From positions 37,878-101,877 of the forward strand of contig JAEOTR010000053.1 in assembly GCA_016839705.1 (NCBI GenBank): DNA of 64,000 nt, read 5' to 3'. The notes beneath the pieces were generated by a model, which saw nothing but the letters and a program-made list of their open reading frames with translations, had not been told where the DNA came from and did no database searches. The translations under genes were made by a program, and so were the position numbers. Origin of the DNA: Promethearchaeota archaeon (GTDB taxonomy: Archaea; Asgardarchaeota; Lokiarchaeia; Sigyniarchaeales; SOKP01). Numbering within the stretch: the first letter of the stretch is position 1; each line of letters begins with the position of its first letter. Below, piece by piece: positions 49,463 to 59,037 of the stretch.

Positions 49463-50332
49463 ATGAGTTACGAAAATCTTAAAATGTTAAAAGTGAAGGT
49501 AGATCGGGGGGTTGCTTTTGTAACAATTGACAATCCACCAATGAATCTTTTGAATGTGGCAATGGGAATGGAATTTGCTATTCTTGCACAGACTGTTCTG
49601 AAAGATGATAACGTACGTGTTATGGTTTTTGATAGTGCTGATCCAGATTTCTTTATAGCACACTTTGATGTGGAAGGTCTTGTTATAATGCCAGATGAAG
49701 CTCCACCAAAAAAAGAAAGCCTTGAAGGTACCGGACATATGATTAATGAACTGTATCGTACGATGCCAAAGGTATCGATCGCAAAAGTGGAAGGCATAGT
49801 GCGTGGTGGAGGGTTTGAGATGATTCAAGGTTTTGATATGATATTCGGGGAACTCGGAAAAGCAGTATTTGCTCAACCAGAAATCGGAGTTGGGATAATA
49901 CCCGGAGGAGGGGGAACAATTAGAGTACCTCGAACGGTTGGACGAAGACGTGCAATGGAGGTTGTTCTTGGGGGTCATGATTTTCCGGCTGAGATAGCTG
50001 AGCTTTATGGGTTGATAAATCGTGCCCTTCCACCAGATAAATTAACATTCTATGTTGAAAACTTGGCATATAGAATTGCATCGCATCCTCCAGAATCAAT
50101 TGCTCTTGCAAAAAAATCCGTGTTAGCAGGAGTAGAACTACCAATTGTCGATGCACTCTTGGAAGAACAATACTTATTTGGGCAATCTGTTGCATTACCC
50201 TCCTCGAAAGCGCGAATGAATATGTTTTTAGGTGCTGAAGGACAATCTCGTGAAACAGAATCAAATACAAATACATTGCTTGATGAAGGAGAACAAAATC
50301 TATTGGGAATGCTTGAAAAAAAAGAGGAGTGA
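49463..50332 (+). CDS. Enoyl-CoA hydratase/isomerase family, tandem paralog 3
   Basis: NPPMNL, DPDFFIAHFD, GGGFE, QPEIGVGIIPGGGG. Confidence 0.9.
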   Translation: MSYENLKMLKVKVDRGVAFVTIDNPPMNLLNVAMGMEFAILAQTVLKDDNVRVMVFDSADPDFFIAHFDVEGLVIMPDEAPPKKESLEGTGHMINELYRTMPKVSIAKVEGIVRGGGFEMIQGFDMIFGELGKAVFAQPEIGVGIIPGGGGTIRVPRTVGRRRAMEVVLGGHDFPAEIAELYGLINRALPPDKLTFYVENLAYRIASHPPESIALAKKSVLAGVELPIVDALLEEQYLFGQSVALPSSKARMNMFLGAEGQSRETESNTNTLLDEGEQNLLGMLEKKEE

Positions 50333-50371
50333 GTGATTAAACCTTTATAAAAAGAAATTGTAAAAAATTCT

Positions 50372-51586
50372 TTATATAACCTTATTTTTTTTAAAATTTT
50401 GAATATCTTCTTCAGAATAATTAAAAGATTTCAAAATTTCTTCTGTATTTTGACCATGTTTAGGAGCAAAACTTCTAATTGTAGATGGGGTTCTGGATAA
50501 TTTAATTGGTGATGCAAGGTTTTGTATTTCTCCCAAAACTGGATGATCCATTTTCACAATCATCTCTCTAGCAATGATCTGCGGGTCCTCACATGCTTCC
50601 CAGAAATTTTTAACAGCTGAAACGCAGGTATCGTAATTCTCGAAAATTTCAAGCCACTCTGCTTGAGTCTTCTTTAGAAATTCAGCTTTAACTTCCCTAA
50701 TTACATTTTCATTTTCTTCTCCCTGCACATATTGCTTACCTTTCAAATCACTTCTTCCCAATCCTTCACAGAGAGCTTGCCAAAATTTTGGCTCAATTGC
50801 TCCCACTGCTATATATTTGTGATCTTTTGTTTTATAAACACCATAATACGGTGAACCACCACCTCCTCCTGAACCCCATCCTTTCCGTTCACTATGATCT
50901 CTCACGAATTTATTTGCAGCGACAATAGGTTGGAAAAAAAAGGTAGAATCTGTCATAGATATATCCACGAATTGACCCTTCCTTTCAGGATTTTGCTCTC
51001 TTTCATAAAGAGCACCAAGTATTCCTATAGCCGCAACTAAGGCCCCACCAATATCTGCGGGTGAAAGCCCTGGAACTAAAGGTGGTCTCTCTTGATCTTC
51101 TTTCCCAAAAATCTTTCTTTCTCGGGTGGCATCTAAAATCCCGCTAATTCCTATATAATTGATATCATGCCCTGCTTTCTGCTCATATGGTCCGTATTGT
51201 CCATACCCCGTCATAGAACAACAGATAATCGATGGATTAATTGATGATAACGTTTTATAATCAATTTTTAACTTTTCCATGACCTTTGGTCGAAACGTAT
51301 CCATAACAACATCTGCTTTTTTAACTAACTCATAAAATATATTCAGAGCTTTCTCATTTTTTAAGTTTAGAGTTATTGATTTTTTATTTCGCATGAGAAC
51401 CGCATTAAACGCACTATAATAATAGTCACCTTTCTGAAAAAAAGGGGGCAAATTACTCATAGGATCGCTTGGGTTTTCCACACGAACGACGTTCGCTCCG
51501 AGATCTGATAAGATCATTGTACAGTAAGGTCCTGGCAGCATGCGTGATAAATCTAAAATAGTAACATTCTCTAATGGTAATGTCAT
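50372..51586 (-). CDS. CaiB/BaiF family III CoA-transferase (or AMACR-like racemase)
   Basis: LDLSRMLPGP, DLGA.V.RVE, RNKKSITLNLK, GYGQ.GPY...AGHD, catalytic AD..G. Confidence 0.92.
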   Translation of the reverse strand: MTLPLENVTILDLSRMLPGPYCTMILSDLGANVVRVENPSDPMSNLPPFFQKGDYYYSAFNAVLMRNKKSITLNLKNEKALNIFYELVKKADVVMDTFRPKVMEKLKIDYKTLSSINPSIICCSMTGYGQYGPYEQKAGHDINYIGISGILDATRERKIFGKEDQERPPLVPGLSPADIGGALVAAIGILGALYEREQNPERKGQFVDISMTDSTFFFQPIVAANKFVRDHSERKGWGSGGGGGSPYYGVYKTKDHKYIAVGAIEPKFWQALCEGLGRSDLKGKQYVQGEENENVIREVKAEFLKKTQAEWLEIFENYDTCVSAVKNFWEACEDPQIIAREMIVKMDHPVLGEIQNLASPIKLSRTPSTIRSFAPKHGQNTEEILKSFNYSEEDIQNFKKNKVI

Positions 51587-51734
51587 AAATATTCAAAATT
51601 AATAGCTAATTTTTTAATTTACTAATTTACACTTGAATTTGGTTAAACGTACATGTAAAACTGAAACTATATATTTAAAAATAGTGAATTATTATTGTCT
51701 TAAATTTTCTCCAAAAAAAAGCTCTGTTAAAAAG

Positions 51735-53201
51735 ATGGCAAATTCGAGCAATGTATCCTCTCTTAGGGAACTCAAAAGAGGAAGGATGATCGGTTTTTCT
51801 TTGGGTACCTTTGGAGTTATGCTATTATTATTGGCAACTGAATCATATTCCTATAACTTTTATGTCTACACTATACGGATAGATTCCGTCTTAGTTTCCT
51901 TAGGTACAACAATAAATATGTTAGTTTCAGCATTTGCAGGAATAATCTTCGGAGTAGTATTGGATAATACGACACCACGTAAAATTGGGAAAAGAAGACC
52001 ATATATTCTCATAGGATTACCGATATGGCTCATTTCTGCCATATTAGTTTTTTTACCTCCCTGGTTACCCCCCCAAACGGAAGCAATGGTAAGTACTGTC
52101 ATGTATTGGCCAACTGCAATTTGGTACTGGGTAATGAACTTGTTAAAAGGTGCATTTGGCGGTTTAATGATGATTGCTTTCAGTTCAGTACTTCCCGAAA
52201 TTTCTCAAACATTAGAAAATAGGAAAAAAGCAGCAGTCTTAGCTTCAATTTTGAGGGTTATTGGTTCAATTTTCAGCATCGCTGTGCCTAATATTCTTCA
52301 AAGTCTTCTTGAAGATCCGACAAACACGGGGTATTGGACAAATAGTGGTAAGTTTATCAGGAATGCAATGCCCCCAATTTCAATTACGTTCGGGATTATC
52401 TCAGTTATTTTTATCCTTATCTCGTTTTTCTCCATTGATGAAAGCTTTCACCTGAAATCGCCACCCCCTGAAAGGCGATCGCTAAAGAGTACGTTCAAGT
52501 ACTTGTTCCTTCCAACAAAAGACAAAGAATATGTGAAAATAATGATTGCAGGAGTAACCAGTCAAGTAAGTCAATTTGCGCTTCTCTTTACGATTATCCC
52601 GTTTATCGCTTTCGTATTGGGGAGGGGATTAGCTCCAAGTGGAGTAGCAGATCTCTACATCATCTACATCATAATCAGTATATCAACTAAATTTGTATGG
52701 CTGTTGATTTGGTGGTTAGTTGGGAGGTTCTTGCTTAAAGCAAAATTATTAAAAACATATAAACTAAATGTCGTAGTAATAATTATTACCGCTATACTTG
52801 AACTCTTTTTCCTTGCTGATATGCCTTTCATCCTACGAATAATTCTCTTTATTGTATCTTTTGGCACCGTATTGGGAAGCATGTATGCCACCAGTATGTT
52901 TAGTTCACCTATTATGAATGAAATGGTAGATAGAGCTGCCGAAATGCATATAGCGAAGAGTGGGAATGAATCTATGATTAAAGACCAGGCTGTAACTCGT
53001 CTTTCAGGAGCATATATGGGCCTTTTCATGTTTTCAACTAGTATTGTCGCAGCTCTTTCTTCTTCTGTTTATGGCATTATATTTAGAGGTGAGAATTCAC
53101 GCGATCCGATTGTTCTTACACTCGGAATGGCCTCGATGGGAATCTTATATCTGATATCTTTCGTTTTTCTTTGCTGGTTTAAAGTAAAATTAAAAGAATA
53201 G
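51735..53201 (+). CDS. MFS transporter, GPH/MelB-like family, paralog 1
   Basis: About 12 TM; D.T..R.IGKRRPYILIG; PEI; start reset to ATG 51735 by comparison with the paralog. Confidence 0.85.
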   Translation: MANSSNVSSLRELKRGRMIGFSLGTFGVMLLLLATESYSYNFYVYTIRIDSVLVSLGTTINMLVSAFAGIIFGVVLDNTTPRKIGKRRPYILIGLPIWLISAILVFLPPWLPPQTEAMVSTVMYWPTAIWYWVMNLLKGAFGGLMMIAFSSVLPEISQTLENRKKAAVLASILRVIGSIFSIAVPNILQSLLEDPTNTGYWTNSGKFIRNAMPPISITFGIISVIFILISFFSIDESFHLKSPPPERRSLKSTFKYLFLPTKDKEYVKIMIAGVTSQVSQFALLFTIIPFIAFVLGRGLAPSGVADLYIIYIIISISTKFVWLLIWWLVGRFLLKAKLLKTYKLNVVVIIITAILELFFLADMPFILRIILFIVSFGTVLGSMYATSMFSSPIMNEMVDRAAEMHIAKSGNESMIKDQAVTRLSGAYMGLFMFSTSIVAALSSSVYGIIFRGENSRDPIVLTLGMASMGILYLISFVFLCWFKVKLKE

Positions 53202-53303
53202 AACTCATAAATTCTTCTTTCACTTGATTTGGATTTAAAATAAACATTTATTTTAAGCAAAAAATTATCTTCCTAATATTTTTAAGAAATATGCAAAAAC
53301 AAG

Positions 53304-54782
53304 TTGCTTAAGCTGATGGAAAATCCTGAAACAAAACCTCCCGCACTAAGAGAACTTCACGGAGCCAGATTATACGGTTATTCCATGGGATATTTTGGTA
53401 TTATGTTAATGATGATGTTAACAGGTTCATATTCATATAATTTTTATGTTTACACTGTTCGACTAGATTCAATTTTTGTCTCAATCGGGTCTACAATATA
53501 TATGGTAACAATGGCATTCTCGAGTATAATTTTTGGGGTAATATTAGACAATACAAAACCGAAAAAGTTAGGTAAAAGAAGGCCATATATTCTTATTGGG
53601 TTACCATTTTGGCTTATTGCTATGATTTTAGTCTACTTACCCCCCTGGATCCCACCTGAGAGTCTAGCAATGTCAAGTACAGTGCTATATTGGCCTACAG
53701 CAATTTGGTACTGGGGGGTGAATATAATAAGAGCTATTTTCGGAAGCTTATTAATGATTGCTTTCAGTTCAGTTCTTCCTGAGATTTCCCAAACGTTGAC
53801 AAATAGAAAAAAAGTTGCAACCCTCTCTGTAAACTTACAAATCTTCAGCTCAATTGTCAGCACAGCATTCCCAAACATTATACAGAGCCTTATTGAAGAT
53901 TCAACAAACACAGGATATTGGACTAACAGTGGTAAATTTATTATGAATATCATGCCTACTGTATCAATGATTTTTGGTATCCCTGTACTGATCTGTATTC
54001 TAATTGCTTTTTTCTCAATTGACGAGAGTTTTCACTTAACAGGTGCAGATTTTGAAAAAAGAAAGATAAAAGATACTTTTAAAAATTTGTTTATTCCAGC
54101 CAAAGATAAAGAATATATGAAATTTATGTCCGCAGGAGTAATTACTCAAATGAGTTCGTATGTTATTTCTTTTACGATTATACCTTTTATAGCTTTTGTG
54201 TTAGGACGGAATTTAAGCCCAACGCAAATCAGTAGTTTTTATATCATATATATAATTATTAGCATTTCGATGAAATTTGTTTGGTTTTTTATTTGGAAAA
54301 TGATTACGAGGAAACAAGGAAATCTCCTCAAAACCTATAAACTGAACGTGATATTTATAGCTCTCGGCGCATTTTTTGAGTTAATTTTTCTTATTAATCT
54401 GATTGTGCCTTTAAGGTTAATCTTTTTCGTCTTGTCATTTGGTACAGTAATCGGGAGTATGTATGCAACCATGCTAGTCAGTTCACCCTTATTAAACGAA
54501 ATGATTGATCGAGCTGCCGAGATGCATATAATTAATAATACACATGTCTCAATGAATAAAGATGAGGCAGTTACACGTCTTTCAGGAGCTTATAACGGTT
54601 TAATGATGTTTTCTGCTAGTATGCTTGGAGCTTTAACATCAGCAATTTTCGGTATTATTTTTCGGGGTGAAAATTCTCGAAATCCAGTGATACTTACGAT
54701 TGGTTTGATGTCCATGGGATTATTTCAGATTGTAGCTCTAGTTTTCCTTTACTTTTTCAAAGTTAAATTCAAAGAATCCTAG
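53304..54782 (+). CDS. MFS transporter, GPH/MelB-like family, paralog 2
   Basis: GKRRPYILIG, PEISQT; collinear with the upstream paralog; start may be ATG 53316. Confidence 0.85.
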   Translation: MLKLMENPETKPPALRELHGARLYGYSMGYFGIMLMMMLTGSYSYNFYVYTVRLDSIFVSIGSTIYMVTMAFSSIIFGVILDNTKPKKLGKRRPYILIGLPFWLIAMILVYLPPWIPPESLAMSSTVLYWPTAIWYWGVNIIRAIFGSLLMIAFSSVLPEISQTLTNRKKVATLSVNLQIFSSIVSTAFPNIIQSLIEDSTNTGYWTNSGKFIMNIMPTVSMIFGIPVLICILIAFFSIDESFHLTGADFEKRKIKDTFKNLFIPAKDKEYMKFMSAGVITQMSSYVISFTIIPFIAFVLGRNLSPTQISSFYIIYIIISISMKFVWFFIWKMITRKQGNLLKTYKLNVIFIALGAFFELIFLINLIVPLRLIFFVLSFGTVIGSMYATMLVSSPLLNEMIDRAAEMHIINNTHVSMNKDEAVTRLSGAYNGLMMFSASMLGALTSAIFGIIFRGENSRNPVILTIGLMSMGLFQIVALVFLYFFKVKFKES

Positions 54783-55651
54783 TTTTTTGCGCCTTCCTTA
54801 TGTTCCTCTTCTTTTGTTCTATAGTCTTTCCATTTCCCATCCCGGTTGTCAAACGCTTTCTTTAATCCCTCACCAGAATACATTTGTCTGATAAATTCCT
54901 CAGTAGTTTTTGTATAGTGAGCGAGAGAGACATAAGGTGCTCCAGCCCGAAGGGAATTTCGAATACCCATTATCTCCATGGCTTGATGGACGCTTCTCTT
55001 GTTGAGTAATTGTAAATCAGGAGGGATATTTGCTACACTTCGAGCCATCTCTAAGACTTTTTCCTCTAATTGATCCGCTGGAAATGATCGATTTGCCCAA
55101 CCCACTCTCACAGCTTCTTTTCCACTTATGGAAGCACCAGTCAACATAAATTCCATAGCAGCCCTCATACCCATTAACCAGGTAGGATATTGTAGATCGG
55201 GTGGAGAAATTGCTCGTGTCGCAGGATATCCAATCTCTGCATCATCGGCTACATATACTAAATCACAAGCAGTAGCTAATTCACTTCCTCCCGCTAAACA
55301 GTAGCCATGAACTTGAGCTATGATCGGTTTTGCCATATCCCACATTCTGAACCACCCATCTATAAGGTGACGAGGCCATGAATAACTTCTTAACCCAATT
55401 TCTGGTGAAGTAAACCATGGGCGATCTTTTCTAAGATCTGAACCAAGATCATAACCCGCTGAGAAACATTTTCCTGCGCCCCTTATGATTGTAACTCGAA
55501 CTTCTTGATTTAAGTCTGCTTTTTCAAGAGCATCAAAAACTTCTCCTCTTAATTGATTATTTAAAGCATTTCGCTTTTCTGGCCGGTTTAAAGTAATGCG
55601 GTTTATGAATTTTTCGGGTCGATCAACTATAATAAATTTATAAGTTTCCAT
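54779..55651 (-). CDS. Enoyl-CoA hydratase/isomerase family (single-Glu type)
   Basis: LNRPEKRNAL, FSAGYDL, AGGSELATACD; second Glu position reads GYPA. Confidence 0.88.
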   Translation of the reverse strand: METYKFIIVDRPEKFINRITLNRPEKRNALNNQLRGEVFDALEKADLNQEVRVTIIRGAGKCFSAGYDLGSDLRKDRPWFTSPEIGLRSYSWPRHLIDGWFRMWDMAKPIIAQVHGYCLAGGSELATACDLVYVADDAEIGYPATRAISPPDLQYPTWLMGMRAAMEFMLTGASISGKEAVRVGWANRSFPADQLEEKVLEMARSVANIPPDLQLLNKRSVHQAMEIMGIRNSLRAGAPYVSLAHYTKTTEEFIRQMYSGEGLKKAFDNRDGKWKDYRTKEEEHKEGAKN

Positions 55652-55744
55652 AATTTTATATCCTAAATATTTTTGTCTAGAAGAAAGCTAACATGAATAA
55701 AACTATTATGAGAAACTTAAAAAATAAATAATATAAAATTGAGA

Positions 55745-57409
55745 TTATTTTTTTACTTCATATCCTGCTTTTTCTCTATCGTAAGTCGTTTCCGTAACTC
55801 CATTATCTTTAAGGACTTGCTTTAGAGTTCGATGTACTTCACTTTTAGGGAGTGCATCAATGAAATCTATGAATCGGGGTACCATAAAGTAGGCCATCTT
55901 ACCCTGACAATAATCAAGCAATTCTTCTGGTGTCATAGATTCACCTGGCTTTAACACAACTGAAACCATTACCTCGTCTTCAACTACACCTGCAATTTGG
56001 ACAGCAAAAGCAGCGGATTCTAACACTTTTTCATGTTGATTTATGACGCGTTCAATAGACCAGGGTGAAATATTCTCGCTTCTGCGCCTAATGGAATCTT
56101 TTTTCCTATCTACAAAGTAAAACCAGCCATCAGAATCCATTGTGGCCAGATCCCCTGTATGAAGCCATAAATTTCCATCATTTGCTTCTCGAATTTTCTC
56201 ATTAGTGGATTCTTGATCCTTATAATAGGTAACTTTTCTCATTTCTACTTCACCTCTATTTACTAAAAATACTAATTCTCCTACTTCATTAGGTTGTAAT
56301 AAATTTCCTTCGTCATCCATAATCCCCGCTTTAGTAGCTCCTAAAGGTTTTCCCATTGAACCGACAGGAACATTTTTTTGGAAAAAAGGACCAAGAATAT
56401 AACCACCTCCGTCAACTGCACCATAAAATTCTTTAATCTCTACATTGAAACGTTTCTCAAATGGTATCACCAATTCCTTAGGACATGCCGCAGAAACAAT
56501 TAATTTTACCTTATTTTCACCATCATTGGGACGTTCTGGTTGTTTTAGCATAAACTGTGGCATGGCACCCAATAGATTAAAGGATGTAACATTATATTTT
56601 CTGCATATATCCCAATGTCGGCTCGCGCTAAACCTCTTAGAAAGAACCACAGGAGTTTCTGTGAAATATCCTGGCATAGTTGTTATTTGCAGAGCATTTC
56701 CATGGAACAACGGTAAACATGTGAACATAACGTCGTCTCCTCCCCCCAAGAATAATCTTATTAAACCAGAAGCGGTTTGTAAAGCATTTCCCGCATAAGT
56801 TTTTTTATACACGAAAGTAGTAGCCTTTGGTGGTCCTGTTGTACCGGAAGTATACATAAGGTAACTTTTTTCTTCAAAATCAATTTCAGCTTCGATATCA
56901 TCATCAGTTGATTCCATTACTTCTTGAAACGATATCATACCATCGGGAAGTTTGAAATCTGCAGGGGCTTCGTTAGTTTCTACAATTACATATTTAATTT
57001 TGGGCAATTCATCTTTAATGTCCAAATAGGCATCAATCATACTCCAGTGTATGACTAAAAGCTCTGAATCACTATGATCAATGATATATTGTAACGTTAC
57101 TCCCTTCAAAGCAGTATTAATTAACACACCATATCCTCCAAGTTTCCACGTCGCAAACAAGGTGAACAAAAATTCAGGAGAGTTAATTTCCATTAATGAA
57201 AGCCCAACTCCCGCTTTTAATCCAAATTTTGATAATCCATTTGCTAACCGATTTGAACATAAGTGCATATCACGATAAGTATACTTTTCATCAATACCTT
57301 TATCAAAGTCTCTTACATAAGTTAAGAAAACCTTGTCGCCTACAATTTCAGCTTTATTTTTCACTACATCATTAAATGTGGTAGTTTCGGTTATTTTAAA
57401 ATCAGACAA
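55745..57409 (-). CDS. AMP-forming acyl-CoA ligase (CaiC-like)
   Basis: YTSGTTGPPK, LPLFHGNA, RFSAS, YGAVD, TGD, DRKKD.IRRR.ENI. Confidence 0.92.
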   Translation of the reverse strand: MSDFKITETTTFNDVVKNKAEIVGDKVFLTYVRDFDKGIDEKYTYRDMHLCSNRLANGLSKFGLKAGVGLSLMEINSPEFLFTLFATWKLGGYGVLINTALKGVTLQYIIDHSDSELLVIHWSMIDAYLDIKDELPKIKYVIVETNEAPADFKLPDGMISFQEVMESTDDDIEAEIDFEEKSYLMYTSGTTGPPKATTFVYKKTYAGNALQTASGLIRLFLGGGDDVMFTCLPLFHGNALQITTMPGYFTETPVVLSKRFSASRHWDICRKYNVTSFNLLGAMPQFMLKQPERPNDGENKVKLIVSAACPKELVIPFEKRFNVEIKEFYGAVDGGGYILGPFFQKNVPVGSMGKPLGATKAGIMDDEGNLLQPNEVGELVFLVNRGEVEMRKVTYYKDQESTNEKIREANDGNLWLHTGDLATMDSDGWFYFVDRKKDSIRRRSENISPWSIERVINQHEKVLESAAFAVQIAGVVEDEVMVSVVLKPGESMTPEELLDYCQGKMAYFMVPRFIDFIDALPKSEVHRTLKQVLKDNGVTETTYDREKAGYEVKK

Positions 57410-57527
57410 TTTTTTACCCTTTTAATTATTTAAAATCTTCTTTTTGAGATCTAATACACTAACTTAAAGAAAGAAAAAATAAAAACGTAATTAATAAAAA
57501 TTTAGCTTTGTATTTTTTATCTAATAA

Positions 57528-58949
57528 TTAATCGTTTTTGGGATGATTGAGCACTTCACTTATATGATTATCTATAAGTTGCTGTCTAATTTGATTTAGA
57601 GTTGGGTCATTATTCCTATTTTCTAATTCATTTGGGTCATTAATAAGATCATAGAACTCTACAGGTTCTAGATTATGAGTTCTAACCACCAATTTATATC
57701 GTTCATTTCTGACCATAGTATATTGAAGCACTTGGCTAAAGACAACTTCTTTTCCTTTTTGTGCATGCTGATTTTGAGGTCCAGCTAAGACTTGAGGAAT
57801 TAGAGATCGTCCATCGCAATTTTTTAAAGGTTTTGCATTTGCTATATCAACTAAAGAAGCAGCGATATCGATTTGATCGGTAAGACCTTTACTCTGCCAT
57901 CCATTTGATACCGCCGGGGGTTTAATAATAAGTGGAATCCTTAAGGCTCCTTCATAAAATACAATTTTATGACTCATCATATGATCTCCGAGCATCTCAC
58001 CATGATCAGAAGTATATATAATCCAAGTATTATATGATAATCCTTTTTCTTCTAAAGCATCCATAATCTTCCCAACCCATTCATCAATTAAAGTAATCTT
58101 CCCATAATAGAACGTTTTCATAAGCTGATTTTGGGCTTCCGTCATCCCATCAAGTCCGCTCCAATTCAATACAAAATTAATATTACCGGGGTAAGGTTGT
58201 TTTGGTTTTTCTAAAATTCCTACGGGCATCTCTTCTGCGTTATATTTATCTCGATATTCTTGGGTTGAATCAAAAGGATCGTGAGGTCCTGGAAAACATA
58301 TTTGAAGGTAGAAAGGTTTTTCCCCATTATAATTATGTATCCATTCTACTGCTTTTTGACCTGTGTAACTGTCTAATTGGTCTTCCGAGGGGAGAGGAGA
58401 AGGAGGTAATTCCCATGGTTTAGCTTCACCGCGTGTCCATTCTACCCAATAATTTTGTAAATACTTTCGATGAGCCTTTAATAATCCTTTTTCTTTCAAA
58501 TAATCTGTATAAGGTGAATCAATTCTTATAGATGCTATTGGTCCGGTAATTTCATGAATATCCTCAAAACCCCATTCCTTTAATACATCAATCTTATCAT
58601 TGGTATGTCTCCATTCTGGATTTACCCGATGTTCATATAAATGAGTTTTCCCTATTACAGCTGTATGATACCCCGCATCTCTAATATTTCTGACATGACT
58701 TTGACTTGAACTACTAGCTTCCATATTGTTATTTATTACACCGTGGTCGCTAACATATTTTCCTGTCATTAGAGTAGCCCTAGCAGGGATACATAATGGC
58801 GAATTGGTAAAGCATTGAGTAAATACGACGCCTTCGGATGCCAGCTTATCGAGGTTTGACGTTATCACTACTGAGTCGCCCATACACCCTATTATTTCAC
58901 CCCTATGTTGATCGGGAAAGATTAAAATGATATTCGGCTTTTTAGTCAT
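57528..58949 (-). CDS. Cys-type sulfatase (choline-sulfatase-like)
   Basis: PNIILIFPDQHR, formylglycine motif C-I-P-A-R, GKTH, PHDP, SDHGEMLG. Confidence 0.92.
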   Translation of the reverse strand: MTKKPNIILIFPDQHRGEIIGCMGDSVVITSNLDKLASEGVVFTQCFTNSPLCIPARATLMTGKYVSDHGVINNNMEASSSSQSHVRNIRDAGYHTAVIGKTHLYEHRVNPEWRHTNDKIDVLKEWGFEDIHEITGPIASIRIDSPYTDYLKEKGLLKAHRKYLQNYWVEWTRGEAKPWELPPSPLPSEDQLDSYTGQKAVEWIHNYNGEKPFYLQICFPGPHDPFDSTQEYRDKYNAEEMPVGILEKPKQPYPGNINFVLNWSGLDGMTEAQNQLMKTFYYGKITLIDEWVGKIMDALEEKGLSYNTWIIYTSDHGEMLGDHMMSHKIVFYEGALRIPLIIKPPAVSNGWQSKGLTDQIDIAASLVDIANAKPLKNCDGRSLIPQVLAGPQNQHAQKGKEVVFSQVLQYTMVRNERYKLVVRTHNLEPVEFYDLINDPNELENRNNDPTLNQIRQQLIDNHISEVLNHPKND

Positions 58950-58971
58950 GATTTCTAATCTCTATAAATAA

Positions 58972-58989
58972 TACTACTCTAGAGTAGTA
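58972..58989. promoter_or_regulatory. Perfect 18-bp palindrome TACTACTCTAGAGTAGTA upstream of the sulfatase
   Basis: Exact self-complementary sequence beginning 23 nt upstream of the ATG. Confidence 0.5.
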
Positions 58990-59037
58990 ATTAGTAATAA
59001 TTAAAAATAGTAAAAAAATTCGATATGTTAATTTTCT

